Shown: positions 19,957 to 30,946, counted from the first letter of the stretch. The stretch is DNA of 64,000 nucleotides from Nitrospirota bacterium (GCA_005877815.1 VBOG01000098.1:13188-77187); one strand, 5' to 3'. Notes: a model not told the origin generated them from the sequence alone. Numbers and translations: made by a program.

Positions 19957-20673
19957 ATGAATTATTCCAACAAAGCGTTGGCGGTCGGCGCGGCAATGTT
20001 GCTCGTCGGCGCCCTCGCGAGTTCAGCGCTGGCCATTGAGGCTTTCTCGGAGCGTTTCGAGGAGGACTTTAGCTCGCCTAAGACGGTTCTGGCGCGGGTC
20101 ATCATCGTCGACCCTTATGAAGACGCTGTCTGGGTCAACTGGACCTGGAAGGGCGTCCGCAACAGCGGCGAGATCGATCAATACTGGGGTAAAATGCTCC
20201 CTGGCAAGAACATGCGCGTGTTTGCATCTGGCAAAGATCTTGAGTTGCTGAAATCAAAGGCACGCCCGGCCCCCGGTCCGGCGGCCGCGGACAAAGTCGC
20301 TCCTGGAACGAATGCAGATGTCATCGAAATGGTCGTCCAGGAAGTTGAGCAGAATAAGCGCGTGGCTTCTCAGGTGAAGGATGTGGATGACAAGCTCTGG
20401 GCCGGATTTATGCCTGTCGCCGCGGCTCCTGGAACGTCACCAGTCGCGATGAAAGGGCAGCCGGGATTTGCGGAAATGAAGAATGCCTGCGGCACTCTCC
20501 CAGGCAAGCCTGGCGTTCCCGCTGATGTGCTGGGAGAGGATCTCCCAGGCGGCAGCACCAAGTATGGGAAGCATGTCCGGTTCAAAAATTACAAAGGCTG
20601 CGAGGCCGGGCCAGAGGCTCCGGCTCCGGCAGCAGCGGCTCCGGGGGCAGCGGCTCCGCCCGCCAAGCATTAA
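19957..20673 (+). CDS. Secreted protein of unknown function with Ala/Pro-rich tail
   Basis: AAGGAGGGGG SD before ATG 19957; signal peptide ending ALA; two Cys; APAPAAAAPGAAAPPAKH tail. Confidence 0.85.
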   Translation: MNYSNKALAVGAAMLLVGALASSALAIEAFSERFEEDFSSPKTVLARVIIVDPYEDAVWVNWTWKGVRNSGEIDQYWGKMLPGKNMRVFASGKDLELLKSKARPAPGPAAADKVAPGTNADVIEMVVQEVEQNKRVASQVKDVDDKLWAGFMPVAAAPGTSPVAMKGQPGFAEMKNACGTLPGKPGVPADVLGEDLPGGSTKYGKHVRFKNYKGCEAGPEAPAPAAAAPGAAAPPAKH

Positions 20674-20693
20674 AGGATCATAGTCCCGAGTGT

Positions 20694-20730
20694 AAGCGGG
20701 CGGTAGGTCGCGATGACCTACCGCCCGCTT
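20694..20730. terminator. Bidirectional intrinsic terminator
   Basis: Perfect 16-bp stem aagcgggcggtaggtc/gacctaccgcccgctt, 5-nt loop, T-run after; lies between convergent genes. Confidence 0.85.
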
Positions 20731-20735
20731 TATTT

Positions 20736-23354
20736 TCACCGTCTCTCGGAATCTTTGCTGAGTCGTTCTTTCATCTCCGCCAACTTATTCATGGCTTCTA
20801 ACGGTGTCATGGCGAAGAGATCCATCTGCCGCACTTCCTCTAGCATCGGGTGGGGAAGCGGGAGCGTCTGATCCGAAGTCTTCTCGGAACCCGTCGCGGG
20901 TCCGATGAGTGTGGGAGGGGCGTCGTCGCCCTCGAGGCGCGCCAGCACTTCTTGGGCTCGAAGGATCACAGAACGAGGCAGGCCGGCGAGCCGGGCGACG
21001 TGAATGCCGTAACTTCTGTCGGCGCCGCCTTCGACGATCTTTCGCAGAAATAAAATCTCTTCCCCGCGTTCCCGTACCGCCACGTTGTAGTTCCGCACGC
21101 CGGAATGACTGCGGGCAAGATCCGTCAGTTCATGGTAGTGAGTGGCAAAGAGCGTCCGCGCGCCGATGCGATTCATATCCACGAGTGCCTCCGCGACGGC
21201 CCAGGCAATGCTGAGACCGTCGAATGTACTCGTCCCTCGGCCGATCTCGTCCAGAATCACCAGGCTGCGGGACGTGGCGTGATGGAGGATGTTCGCGGTC
21301 TCGGTCATTTCCACCATAAACGTGCTCTGGCCCTCAAGCAGATTATCCGCCGCGCCAACGCGCGTGAAGATTCGGTCCGCCAATCCGATCCTCGCGGCTT
21401 TGGCCGGAACAAATCCCCCCATTTGAGCCATCAGCACGATCAGGGCCGTCTGTCTCAAATACGTGCTCTTGCCGGCCATATTGGGCCCACTGATGATCAT
21501 GAGACGGCAATCCGGCTCCCCCAGATTCAAATCGTTGGAGATAAATCCTCCCGGAAGGTTCACCCGTTCGACCACAGGATGGCGACCGTCTTTGATCACC
21601 AGGAGATCGTCCGCCGCCAATTCCGGACGGCAGTACCCACTGTCGGCAGCGACCTCGGACAGCGAACCGACGGCGTCGATGAGCGCCAGGATGTGCGCCA
21701 GTCGGAGAATGCGCGATGACACGAGGGCGATTGCCCTGCGCAGCGAATCGAACAGTTCGTATTCCAGCGCGCGGATGCGGTCCTCCGCCCCCAAGACTTT
21801 GCCTTCCAGGGCCTTCAGCTCCTCTGTGGTGAATCGTTCGGCGTTGACGAGGGTCTGTTTTCTAAAATAGGCCTGGGGCACCCGCGAGAGGTTACTTTTT
21901 GTCACCTCAATGTAGTACCCGAAGACTTGGTTGAATCGAACTTTCAAAGAGTCAATGCCGGTTCGAACACGTTCCTGCCGTTCGATCTCGGCAATCATCG
22001 CCTTGCCGCTGCGTCCGATGGTGCGAAGTTCGTCAAGGTCAGCGGACACCCCATCCTGGATGATACCGCCTTCCTTGACGGAAGCTGGGGCATCAGGACG
22101 TATCGTCTGCTCGATCTTGTGTGCCAGTTCGGCCAGGTCGTCCCAGGGCTCGTGGAGGTTCAGGAGCAAGGGGGACTGGCACGATTTCAGCTGGCGGTTA
22201 ATTTCCGGGATCGCGGTGAGGGAGTCCTTGAGGGCGCTCAGTTCTCGTGCATTCGCCACCCCCAGCACGACGCGGCTCATCATCCGTTCCAGGTCCGCCA
22301 CCTGCTTCAACGCAAGACGCAACCGAGCCCGCCGTTCGCCATGATCATACAGATCGGCAACCGCTTCCTGCCGCTCGCCAATGCGCGACAATTCTGTCAG
22401 TGGATGCAAGAGCCAATGGCGAAGAAGCCTCGTTCCCATAGAGGTGACAGTTCGGTCCAGGGTATGTAAGAGCGATCCTTCCGAACGGCCGTCTGTCGAG
22501 CGTCTGACGAGTTCGAGGTTGCATTGGGTCGCCCGGTCGAGGACCATCACGTTCCCCTCGGCATGGGTCGTCATGTACACAAGATGTGTTAAAGGGAGGC
22601 CCGGTTGTGTCTCTTTGACATATCGAAGCAGACCGCCCGCTGCCGCGACTGCCAGCGGCATGTGGTCACAGCCGAAACCTGCCAGCGATGCGACGCCGAA
22701 CTGCTCCCGAAGGAGAGCCTGAGAAGCCGCTACGTGAAACGAGGACGTGGGAATGGAGGTCACGGCAGCCTTAGCCGAAGCCAAGAGAAGCCGGATGCGA
22801 GCGGCGTGATCATCAGGAATCAGCACTTCTCGTGGTTCGATGCGCAGCAGTTCGTCTCGGAGACGGTCTTCCCACGGGGCCGTTATTTCCATGACCTGGA
22901 ATTCGGCCGTGGAAAGGTCCAACCACGCTAATCCGACAGCGGTATGATCGCATGCCAAGGCCGCCAGATAATTGGCTTCTCCCGATGTGAGCAAGTCAGG
23001 TTCGATGAGCGTCCCCGGCGTATACACGCGCACGACCTCCCGCCGCACCAGTCCCTTGGCCAGCCGTGGGTCTTCGACCTGTTCGCACACCGCCACCGAA
23101 CGGCCTGCGCGTAGCAGCTTCGCGATATAGCCGTTGGCAGCATGATACGGAACGCCGCACAGCGGCACCTGATCGGTCTTGGTCTTGTCGCGGGATGTGA
23201 GGGCGATTTCCAGAAGCCGCGCGCCTTCCACGGCATCGTCATAGAACATCTCGTAAAAGTCGCCGACGCGAAAGAACAGCAGCGCGTCTGGGTGACGCTG
23301 CTTCATCTCTCGATACTGACGCATCAGCGGCGTCGGTTCAGGGAGCATCATCAT
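20736..23354 (-). CDS. mutS: DNA mismatch repair protein MutS
   Basis: TPLMRQY, FFRVGDFYEMF, ISGPNMAGKST, STFMVEM, DEIGRGTST, FATHYHEL. Start approximate. Confidence 0.97.
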   Translation of the reverse strand: MMMLPEPTPLMRQYREMKQRHPDALLFFRVGDFYEMFYDDAVEGARLLEIALTSRDKTKTDQVPLCGVPYHAANGYIAKLLRAGRSVAVCEQVEDPRLAKGLVRREVVRVYTPGTLIEPDLLTSGEANYLAALACDHTAVGLAWLDLSTAEFQVMEITAPWEDRLRDELLRIEPREVLIPDDHAARIRLLLASAKAAVTSIPTSSFHVAASQALLREQFGVASLAGFGCDHMPLAVAAAGGLLRYVKETQPGLPLTHLVYMTTHAEGNVMVLDRATQCNLELVRRSTDGRSEGSLLHTLDRTVTSMGTRLLRHWLLHPLTELSRIGERQEAVADLYDHGERRARLRLALKQVADLERMMSRVVLGVANARELSALKDSLTAIPEINRQLKSCQSPLLLNLHEPWDDLAELAHKIEQTIRPDAPASVKEGGIIQDGVSADLDELRTIGRSGKAMIAEIERQERVRTGIDSLKVRFNQVFGYYIEVTKSNLSRVPQAYFRKQTLVNAERFTTEELKALEGKVLGAEDRIRALEYELFDSLRRAIALVSSRILRLAHILALIDAVGSLSEVAADSGYCRPELAADDLLVIKDGRHPVVERVNLPGGFISNDLNLGEPDCRLMIISGPNMAGKSTYLRQTALIVLMAQMGGFVPAKAARIGLADRIFTRVGAADNLLEGQSTFMVEMTETANILHHATSRSLVILDEIGRGTSTFDGLSIAWAVAEALVDMNRIGARTLFATHYHELTDLARSHSGVRNYNVAVRERGEEILFLRKIVEGGADRSYGIHVARLAGLPRSVILRAQEVLARLEGDDAPPTLIGPATGSEKTSDQTLPLPHPMLEEVRQMDLFAMTPLEAMNKLAEMKERLSKDSERR

Positions 23355-23670
23355 CCTCGGCAGGATCAGCGCGTTGGAACACAGAAGGCCGGCGCGATGA
23401 TCCCAGGGCACGACGATCGAGCTCCTCTTCGGCGAGGAGCAACGCCTTACGGGTTCGCCGGAGCTCCATGCGGAGCTTAATCCAAGCAGGGAATAAGAGA
23501 ATTCCCATGATCAGCAAGCCCGCTCCGAAGGCGCTGAGGATCGGCTTGTATATGGGAGTCGGCTTCGAGGTGGTGCCGAAGTAATGCAGGATGGCCTCTT
23601 CCTCGCGGTTTTGCAGGAAGAATGTCATCGAGAGTGTCAGCAGGACGATGACTAGCAGCGCGCGTATCAT
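23338..23670 (-). CDS. LapA-family (DUF1049) membrane protein
   Basis: Two hydrophobic segments, FFLQN motif, basic coiled tail; ATGA overlap with HIT gene. Confidence 0.7.
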   Translation of the reverse strand: MIRALLVIVLLTLSMTFFLQNREEEAILHYFGTTSKPTPIYKPILSAFGAGLLIMGILLFPAWIKLRMELRRTRKALLLAEEELDRRALGSSRRPSVFQRADPAEDDDAP

Positions 23671-24194
23671 GGTTGGCCGCGGCGAGAGAGGCTTGGAACC
23701 CGCTTACGTTCTCCCCGCGCGAATGCTCCTTTCAGTCGTGTAAACGATGCTTTCAAGTGTTGCGGCAGGACGCGCGTCTCGCCGAGCAGCGGCATGAAAT
23801 TGGTATCGGCACCCCAACGTGGGACGATATGCATGTGGATGTGATGTTCAATGCCTGCGCCTGCGACGCGGCCCTGATTGATGCCGATATTGAATCCTTC
23901 GGGCGCATAGGCGTGGTGCAGGGCTTTGAGTGCGCGTTGCAGCAAACGCATCATATCAAGGAGAACGGCCGGTGGTACGGCTTCAATCGCCGCAATGTGG
24001 CGATAGGGTGCGATCAAGAGATGGCCGTTATTATATGGATAAATGTTCATCATGACATAGGCATGGCGACCGCGGTACAGGATATACGTGACACGATCCT
24101 GCTTGACCGCGGGCTTCTCGCAAAAAATGCATCCGCTCTCATGATTGGCTTTTTCGACGAATGCGAGGCGCCAGGGGGCCCACAGTTGTTTCAT
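23667..24194 (-). CDS. HIT-family nucleotide hydrolase
   Basis: LWAPWR..CIFC..NIYPYNNGHLLIAP..GFNIGIN.G..AGAGI..HIHMHIVPRW. Confidence 0.92.
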   Translation of the reverse strand: MKQLWAPWRLAFVEKANHESGCIFCEKPAVKQDRVTYILYRGRHAYVMMNIYPYNNGHLLIAPYRHIAAIEAVPPAVLLDMMRLLQRALKALHHAYAPEGFNIGINQGRVAGAGIEHHIHMHIVPRWGADTNFMPLLGETRVLPQHLKASFTRLKGAFARGERKRVPSLSRRGQP

Positions 24195-24739
24195 CGCGGG
24201 TCCATTCGATGGCCGGCCCAGCGCGCCAGAAGTTCTGCCACCAGCAGCTCATACCGGCTCCCGTGAGGAGAGAATGCGAGTCGCCGCCGGTCTCCTTCCA
24301 ATGGTTCGAACCGAATCAAGAGATGGTGAGACGGAAGTACGGCCGGCGCCTTATCTGCCCACTCGATGACGGTGATCCCTCCGGATTCCGTGTATTCCTC
24401 CAAGCCCAGACCATGGAGAGCGTCGAGGGCGTTCAGCCGATACAGATCCACATGGCAAAGAGGCAGCCGTCCTTCATATTCATGGATCAGCGCAAATGTG
24501 GGACTGGAAACCTTCTCGGATGCCACGCCGAGGCCTTCGGCGAGGCCTTTCACAAAGCATGTCTTGCCAGAGCCTAACATGCCGACAAGCCCTATGACTT
24601 CTCCGCCCGCACACCGGTCACCCAGGATGCGGGCAACTGCCTGGGTGGCGGCCGCCGAATCAGTCTCAAGGGAAGGTTCTTCCACAGGACGTAAATGTAT
24701 GGTGGTTGAGACAGGCGGCGTTGTCTCATGCCGAGACAT
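24191..24739 (-). CDS. tsaE: t6A biosynthesis ATPase TsaE
   Basis: GMLGSGKTCFVKG, SSPTFALIHEY, HVDLYRL, VIEWA. Start at the TGATG overlap with nnr. Confidence 0.92.
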   Translation of the reverse strand: MSRHETTPPVSTTIHLRPVEEPSLETDSAAATQAVARILGDRCAGGEVIGLVGMLGSGKTCFVKGLAEGLGVASEKVSSPTFALIHEYEGRLPLCHVDLYRLNALDALHGLGLEEYTESGGITVIEWADKAPAVLPSHHLLIRFEPLEGDRRRLAFSPHGSRYELLVAELLARWAGHRMDPR

Positions 24740-26307
24740 CAGCGGTGAGGCGACGGCCCGACGATCTGAGCAATGGCTTCGGGAATTGACCGCATCACAT
24801 CTCCCGCGATGAGGCCGACCTGGCCGACACGGCAAGTCGCAAGGTCACCGGCGAGGCCATGGAGATACGTAGCCAAGCACGCAGCTTCCCACGGTGACAA
24901 TCCCTGCGCCAATAAGCCGGCGATCATCCCTGTCAGGACGTCTCCGGTTCCCGCCGTGGCCAACCCCGGGTTGCCGGTCGAGTTGATGGCCATGCGTCCG
25001 TCGGGCGCGGCCACAATTGTGCCGGCGCCTTTGAGGACCACGTAAACATTTTCCTCTTGGGCCAGCCGGCATGCCACGACGAGCCGCTCTTTTTGCACAT
25101 TGGCGGTCGTCAGCCCCATCAGGCGCGCCATTTCTCCGGGATGCGGGGTGACAATAATGGCAGCCTTTGCGGAGTGGAGCACGTCGCGTCTTTCTGCAAC
25201 CGCGTTCAACGCGTCCGCATCAAGGACGAACGGCCGTTCGAGTGTGGCCACAAGTTGGTGGACGAGCTTCACGGTCTCCGGATGCCTTCCGATGCCGGGT
25301 CCGATGGCGACCGCCGTCTTGTCCATGGCAAACGTCAGCAGGTGTTCATGTGCCTGCAATGAGAGCGTGCGCGCCGCCGTTTCAGGTACAGGAAACGTCA
25401 TGGCCTCCAGGAGCTTCCCTTCTAGGACATCATTGATGCTTGCCGGCGTGGCGACGGTGACAAGCCCGGCTCCCGTGCGAAGCGCAGCCGTTGCCGCCAT
25501 CGCGGCCGCGCCGGTTTTGCCAACGGATCCGGCAATGATCCCCGCATGCCCGAACGTCCCCTTATGGGCGGCGCGAGGACGGGCCCGGAGGAATGGCTGC
25601 ACATAACTGCGATCGAGCAGCGCTAGCGGAATCTTAGCGGCGGCCACGGCATCGTCGGGGATGCCAATGTCGGCGACGCGAATGACTCCGGCATAGTCGG
25701 GCCCGAGTCCAAGGTAGAGGCCGCGCTTGGGCCTGGCCAGCGTCACGGTCAGCGCGGCCTTTACAGCCGTTCCCATGACTTTGCCCGTGTCGCTGTTCAG
25801 GCCCGAAGGCAGATCGACCGCAATGATGGGCCGTCCGGACTCGTTCATCGCGGCAATGGCCGTCGCCGCCGGCCCTTCGATCGGCGCATTCAAGCCGGTC
25901 CCGAAGATGGCGTCGACAATGTAATCGGCCTTCTCAACAAAAGGCACTAAGATGTCGCGAACATCTGACTCGCGTGTGATCGCGTGGCAGCGCCCGCCCT
26001 TGGCTGTAAATCGCTTGAAGCTGACCGCGGCCGCGTCCTTCAAAGCGGTGGGCGAACCCAGCACGGTCATGTGGAGGATGGCCATACGCTGTTTGAGCAG
26101 CCTCGCCGCCACGAACCCATCGCCGCCGTTCTGGCCTTTGCCGGCCACCACGGTGACGCGTTTCTTCCGCAACGAACCGAACTGCCGTTCCATTTCGTCG
26201 ACAACAGCTTTGCCGGCGTTTTCCATCAGACGAATGGCGGGGATGTTCCGCTCGTCAATCGCGGCTCGATCCAGGGCCCGCATTTCCGCCGCGGTGACCA
26301 ATTCCAT
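24739..26307 (-). CDS. nnr: Bifunctional NAD(P)HX epimerase/dehydratase
   Basis: LMENAG, GKGQNGGDG, DAIFGTG, DLPSG; HKGTFG, IGPGIG, LDADAL, TPHPGEMARL, TAGTGDVL. Confidence 0.95.
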   Translation of the reverse strand: MELVTAAEMRALDRAAIDERNIPAIRLMENAGKAVVDEMERQFGSLRKKRVTVVAGKGQNGGDGFVAARLLKQRMAILHMTVLGSPTALKDAAAVSFKRFTAKGGRCHAITRESDVRDILVPFVEKADYIVDAIFGTGLNAPIEGPAATAIAAMNESGRPIIAVDLPSGLNSDTGKVMGTAVKAALTVTLARPKRGLYLGLGPDYAGVIRVADIGIPDDAVAAAKIPLALLDRSYVQPFLRARPRAAHKGTFGHAGIIAGSVGKTGAAAMAATAALRTGAGLVTVATPASINDVLEGKLLEAMTFPVPETAARTLSLQAHEHLLTFAMDKTAVAIGPGIGRHPETVKLVHQLVATLERPFVLDADALNAVAERRDVLHSAKAAIIVTPHPGEMARLMGLTTANVQKERLVVACRLAQEENVYVVLKGAGTIVAAPDGRMAINSTGNPGLATAGTGDVLTGMIAGLLAQGLSPWEAACLATYLHGLAGDLATCRVGQVGLIAGDVMRSIPEAIAQIVGPSPHR

Positions 26308-27020
26308 CAGGTCAGGCGTGCCTTCATTTCGCGGACGGCTTGCTCCAGCCCGACGAAGATCGCTCGGGCGATGATACTGTGGCCGATGTTGTATTCCACG
26401 ATCTCGGTGATGTTCCGAAGTCTCCGCACGTTCCGGTAGTTGAGGCCATGTCCCGCGCTGACGACCATCTCTAATTTGTAGGTCGCGCGGGCCGCCTGTG
26501 CCAGGGCCTCGTACTCCGTGTCCTGTTCCTTCAAACCCACGGCATTGGCGTATCGCCCGGTGTGCAGTTCGACGCAGTCCGCCTCCACTCGACGCGCGGC
26601 TTTGATCTGCTCCAATTGGGGATCCACGAAAAGGCTGACGGCGATGCCGGAACGATGAAGGATGCCGATGACCTCCTTCAGGCGCTGGCGCTGGCCTTCC
26701 ACGTCGAGACCGCCTTCAGTGGTCAACTCCTCACGCCGTTCGGGCACCAGTGTGACGAGATGAGGTTTGATGTCCATCGCCATCCGGGCCATCTCGTCCG
26801 TTGCCGCCATCTCGAGATTCAGCTTGGTCTGAACAATGTCTCGCAGGAGCCTGAGGTCTCGATCCTGGATGTGCCGTCGGTCCTCGCGTAGGTGAATCAC
26901 GATGCCGTCGGCGCCGGCCATCTCGGCAATGGCCGCCGCGGCGACAGGTTCCGGCTCCTTGCCGCCGCGCGCTTGGCGAACCGTCGCGACGTGATCGACA
27001 TTCACACCCAATCTGGCCAT
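26307..27020 (-). CDS. pdxJ: Pyridoxine 5'-phosphate synthase
   Basis: [43 protein letters not shown]. Confidence 0.97.
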   Translation of the reverse strand: MARLGVNVDHVATVRQARGGKEPEPVAAAAIAEMAGADGIVIHLREDRRHIQDRDLRLLRDIVQTKLNLEMAATDEMARMAMDIKPHLVTLVPERREELTTEGGLDVEGQRQRLKEVIGILHRSGIAVSLFVDPQLEQIKAARRVEADCVELHTGRYANAVGLKEQDTEYEALAQAARATYKLEMVVSAGHGLNYRNVRRLRNITEIVEYNIGHSIIARAIFVGLEQAVREMKARLT

Positions 27021-27059
27021 GGAGTTTCGCCTTCCGGGAAGCGGTCTCGAACAGGCGGT

Positions 27060-27088
27060 ATTATGGCAAAACCGGGAAGGGGTCGCAA
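27060..27088 (-). promoter_or_regulatory. Promoter for pdxJ operon
   Basis: Minus strand TTGCGA-N17-CATAAT. Confidence 0.45.
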
Positions 27089-27101
27089 GGAGGCGGCAGG
27101 G

Positions 27102-27425
27102 CTAGAGGAATGCTTTGGAGAGGACCGCGAGGCTGACGAACAATGCGATGGAACCGCTCAGCGCAAACCAGAATCCGAGGCGATCCACCGTCAGGATAAA
27201 GAATGCGACATACGCCGACCAGGGGACGACAAAGTAAAGCAGGTTCCGTGCATACGGAATGGTAGGTTCCACGCCGGCGTTCAGGTAAATCAGGATAAAC
27301 GTCAGTCCGGTGAGTGCAGGGAATGTGGTGATGAACGCTGCCAGCCAGCTTCTGCCGAAGCTTCCTAACCAAGTGGTCACACTCACCACGGCGCCGCCAA
27401 TGACGAAATACAGCGCGTACTTCAT
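27102..27425 (-). CDS. Small membrane protein (DUF3147-like)
   Basis: Four hydrophobic helices; YF.IGG.VVS..LAAFITTFP pattern. Confidence 0.65.
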   Translation of the reverse strand: MKYALYFVIGGAVVSVTTWLGSFGRSWLAAFITTFPALTGLTFILIYLNAGVEPTIPYARNLLYFVVPWSAYVAFFILTVDRLGFWFALSGSIALFVSLAVLSKAFL

Positions 27426-27447
27426 GCGTGGGCGGTCTCGAGGTTCC

Positions 27448-28308
27448 TTACTTCAGGGGTTCTTGAGGCAGTTCCGCAGCAGGACTGCCGGATGTCGGAT
27501 GGTAATAGGACATGGCTTCGTTCATTTGACTTTCCAATTGCTTGATGCGTGTGCCATGGCCAGGATGCGTGGACAGGAACTCAGGAGGCTGCCCTTTCGA
27601 AACCTGTTCCATGCGTTCCCAGACGTGCACGGCTTCATGCGGATCATAGCCGGCCTGCGCGGCGAGCAGCAATCCGATATAGTCGGCCTCGGATTCATGC
27701 TTGCGGCTGTATGGGAGGATAAAGCCATAATTCGCGAGAGCCCCTCCGGCGAGTTGCGCCACTTCAGGATTGATGCCCTGGGACGCCGCGCCTAACGTGG
27801 CTCCCACGACCAGCCCCTCGGCCAGCATCCCTTGGCTCATCCGTTCCGCGCCGTGTCGGGCAAGGGCATGGGTCACTTCGTGGCCGAGAATAGCCGCCAG
27901 GCCCGCCTCATTTTTAGCCACGGGGAAAATGCCGGTATAGACCGCGATCTTTCCACCCGGCAGGGCGAAGGCATTCATCGTTGTGTCATCTTTGATCACG
28001 CTCACTTCCCAGGTGAACTGCTGCGCGATGCTCGCATATTTGGAGGACTTTGCCGCCTCGATAATGCGGGCCGCGACGCGCTTGACAGGCTCCACTTCCC
28101 GCGGGTCCGTGGACATTTTTACCTTTGGATCGTGAAGGACCTGATTGTACGCCTGAGCGCCCATCTGGATCTCCTGGGATTCAGGCATCAACATGAGCTG
28201 TGATCGGTGGGTATAAGGGTTCGTCTCGCAGCCGAGGAATTCCGCCCCAATGGCCAGGCCCGCGATGGATACCGTCGCAAGGACCTTGTGAAGACACTTC
28301 TGCTTCAT
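27448..28308 (-). CDS. M48 family metallopeptidase (probable lipoprotein)
   Basis: FLGC lipobox-like, NAFALPGGKI, LGHEVTHA (HExxH), SRKHESEAD, FLSTHP. Confidence 0.9.
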   Translation of the reverse strand: MKQKCLHKVLATVSIAGLAIGAEFLGCETNPYTHRSQLMLMPESQEIQMGAQAYNQVLHDPKVKMSTDPREVEPVKRVAARIIEAAKSSKYASIAQQFTWEVSVIKDDTTMNAFALPGGKIAVYTGIFPVAKNEAGLAAILGHEVTHALARHGAERMSQGMLAEGLVVGATLGAASQGINPEVAQLAGGALANYGFILPYSRKHESEADYIGLLLAAQAGYDPHEAVHVWERMEQVSKGQPPEFLSTHPGHGTRIKQLESQMNEAMSYYHPTSGSPAAELPQEPLK

Positions 28309-28426
28309 ATCACGTCTGACGACTCATCCTTACGAGCATTCTATCCTCGGCCGCAGGCGCCCGTCCAGTAAGCCGGGCTCCTCATGCATGCCATTTATGT
28401 TAGGCTGAGCTCCGAGGACAGAGGAC

Positions 28427-30436
28427 ATGCCGGAGTTCAAGCTGGTCGCGGAATTTCAGCCCCGAGGGGATCAACCCGGCGCGATTGATGCATTGTCGGA
28501 AGGACTTGCCCAAGGCCTCCCACACCAGGTGCTGCTTGGAGTGACGGGTTCGGGGAAGACCTTTACCCTTGCCAATACGATCGTGCGCGTGCAGAAGCCG
28601 ACGCTCGTGATCGTGCACAATAAAACCCTGGCCGCGCAACTCTATCGGGAATTTCAGATGTTTTTCCCGTCCAATGCCGTGGAATATTTCGTCAGCTACT
28701 ACGATTATTATCAGCCTGAGGCCTATATCCCTTCCACTGACACGTACATCGCGAAAGACGCGTCGATCAATGACGCGATTGACCGTATGCGGCACTCCGC
28801 CACCCGTTCGCTCTTCGAACGAGACGACATCATCATCGTCGCGTCGGTGTCGTGCATCTACGGGCTTGGCTCGCCGGAGGTCTACCACGGGATGCTGCTG
28901 TTCCTCGAGGAGGGGATGGAGATACGGCGCGAGGCCGTGCTGAAGAAGCTTGTCGAAATTCAGTACGCGAGGAATGACACGGATTTTCACCGGGGAACAT
29001 TCCGCGTGCGAGGCGATGTCATCGAAATCTTCCCGGCGTCGTCGGAAGACCGAAGCCTCCGCATCGAATTGTTCGGCGATACCGTGGAGGCGATCCACGA
29101 AATCGATCCTCTCACGGGCAAGTCGCTGCGGCGGCTCTCCAAAGTTCCGGTCTACCCGAATACCCATTATCTGATCCCCCCGGACCGCTTCGATCGCGCG
29201 CTCAGCGGCATTGAAGCAGAACTTGAGGAACGCGTAGCTGCTTTTAAAGCCAATGGGCAATTACTCGAGGCCCAGCGCATTGAGCAACGCACGCGATTTG
29301 ACCTAGAGATGATTCGGGCGATGGGGTATTGCCACGGCATCGAGAATTACTCGCGACACTTAAGCGGCCGTCAACCGGGGGAACCGCCGCCCACGTTGCT
29401 GGATTACTGTCAGAAGGATTATCTCCTGATCGTGGATGAGTCCCATGCCACAATTCCTCAAGTCGAGGGCATGCAGGCGGGGGACTATTCTCGGAAGAAG
29501 AGCCTCGTGGAGTACGGCTTTCGGCTGCCGTCGGCGATCGACAACCGACCGCTGAAATTTCCTGAATTCGAGCGGTGCGTCCGGCAGGCGATCTATGTGT
29601 CCGCCACGCCCGGTCCGTATGAACTTGAGAAAGCGAAGGGCCGGATCGTGGAGCAGGTGATTCGTCCGACCGGGCTGATGGATCCCGCGATCACTGTATG
29701 TCCCGCAAAGGGACAGGTTGATGCTCTGCTTGCGGAAATACACGCGTGTGTCGCGCGTCGCGAGCGGGTGCTCGTGACGACGCTGACAAAGCGGATGGCC
29801 GAAGACCTCACCGAGTATTATCATGAATTGGGGGTCAAGGTGCGGTATCTCCATTCCGACATTAATACCTTGGAACGGACCGAGATCATTCGGGACCTGC
29901 GGCGAGGAGTGTTCGACGTGCTGGTCGGCATCAATCTGCTTCGGGAGGGTCTCGATATCCCGGAAGTCTCTCTCGTCGCGATTCTCGATGCCGACAAGGA
30001 AGGCTACTTGCGATCGGAACGCTCCCTGATTCAAACGGCAGGCCGTGCGGCTCGGCATGCAGGCGGCCGCGTCATCTTGTTCGGCGATACCATGACCGAG
30101 TCCATGAAGCGGACGATTGAGATCACGACGCGCCGGCGATCCCTTCAGGCGACGTACAATGAGCATCACCACATTACCCCGGAGACGATCAAAAAGGGCA
30201 TTCCGAAAACCCTCTATGAAATCTCTGAGGCCGATTATGTGACGGTGCCGGTGGCTGCGGAAGAGCCAACCGCGTATCGCTCCGATGCGGACTTCGGAAT
30301 GCTGGTCAAACGTCTGGAGACCGACATGAAACGGGCCGCCAAGCAGTTGGACTTCGAGCGTGCGGCGCAACTTCGCGACCAGATCAGGTCGCTGAAGCGC
30401 CAGGCGTTGGAGTTCGGGGTGAAGGAGTCGTCTTAG
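28427..30436 (+). CDS. uvrB: Excinuclease ABC subunit B
   Basis: [49 protein letters not shown]-terminal UVR. Confidence 0.98.
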   Translation: MPEFKLVAEFQPRGDQPGAIDALSEGLAQGLPHQVLLGVTGSGKTFTLANTIVRVQKPTLVIVHNKTLAAQLYREFQMFFPSNAVEYFVSYYDYYQPEAYIPSTDTYIAKDASINDAIDRMRHSATRSLFERDDIIIVASVSCIYGLGSPEVYHGMLLFLEEGMEIRREAVLKKLVEIQYARNDTDFHRGTFRVRGDVIEIFPASSEDRSLRIELFGDTVEAIHEIDPLTGKSLRRLSKVPVYPNTHYLIPPDRFDRALSGIEAELEERVAAFKANGQLLEAQRIEQRTRFDLEMIRAMGYCHGIENYSRHLSGRQPGEPPPTLLDYCQKDYLLIVDESHATIPQVEGMQAGDYSRKKSLVEYGFRLPSAIDNRPLKFPEFERCVRQAIYVSATPGPYELEKAKGRIVEQVIRPTGLMDPAITVCPAKGQVDALLAEIHACVARRERVLVTTLTKRMAEDLTEYYHELGVKVRYLHSDINTLERTEIIRDLRRGVFDVLVGINLLREGLDIPEVSLVAILDADKEGYLRSERSLIQTAGRAARHAGGRVILFGDTMTESMKRTIEITTRRRSLQATYNEHHHITPETIKKGIPKTLYEISEADYVTVPVAAEEPTAYRSDADFGMLVKRLETDMKRAAKQLDFERAAQLRDQIRSLKRQALEFGVKESS

Positions 30437-30693
30437 ATTTGTTTATAGATGAAGACACCGAGCAACATGCCAATGAAGCTCAGCAGGTTCATCTTGACGG
30501 TAAAGCCGAATGTAAACTTCAACAACCACAAATCGATCGTCACCGGCGGCGAGAGGCCCGGATTGACAGCCTGCGTGAAAATATTGTGAATGACGCCGGA
30601 GGGCGTGATCGCGGTAAGGATCTCCCCCAGTAATCCGCCGAAGAGGCCGCCGACCAGCACGCAGATTACCAAGACCAAGGGGGATTTACGCAC
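30433..30693 (-). CDS. DUF4321-like small membrane protein
   Basis: Two TM segments; [16 protein letters not shown] pattern; GTG start. Confidence 0.7.
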   Translation of the reverse strand: MRKSPLVLVICVLVGGLFGGLLGEILTAITPSGVIHNIFTQAVNPGLSPPVTIDLWLLKFTFGFTVKMNLLSFIGMLLGVFIYKQI

Positions 30694-30734
30694 GTCGCAA
30701 TCCGTACCTCATGCCGTGAAAAGAAAGTTCCGGA

Positions 30735-30763
30735 ACTCTACTAGGGAAAAGTCTCCAAGTCAA
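30735..30763 (-). promoter_or_regulatory. Promoter for DUF4321 gene
   Basis: Minus strand TTGACT-N17-TAGAGT. Confidence 0.55.
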
Positions 30764-30872
30764 GATGATACCGTCGCTTTAATGCCAGCAAGGCGTCAGT
30801 TCAGCCCGCTATACTAACGAGACTATCCGCGGAGTCGAATGCGTTTTTGGTGCCTGTGAGTCAGGAATCGCC

Positions 30873-30902
30873 TTGACAGGACACGTGAAATTTCATTACA
30901 CT
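30873..30902 (+). promoter_or_regulatory. Promoter for ffh-rpsP operon
   Basis: TTGACA-N18-TACACT. Confidence 0.6.
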
Positions 30903-30946
30903 CAACCTTCGGTTTTTTGAGGGTTTTCCGATAAATAGAGGCTCTG

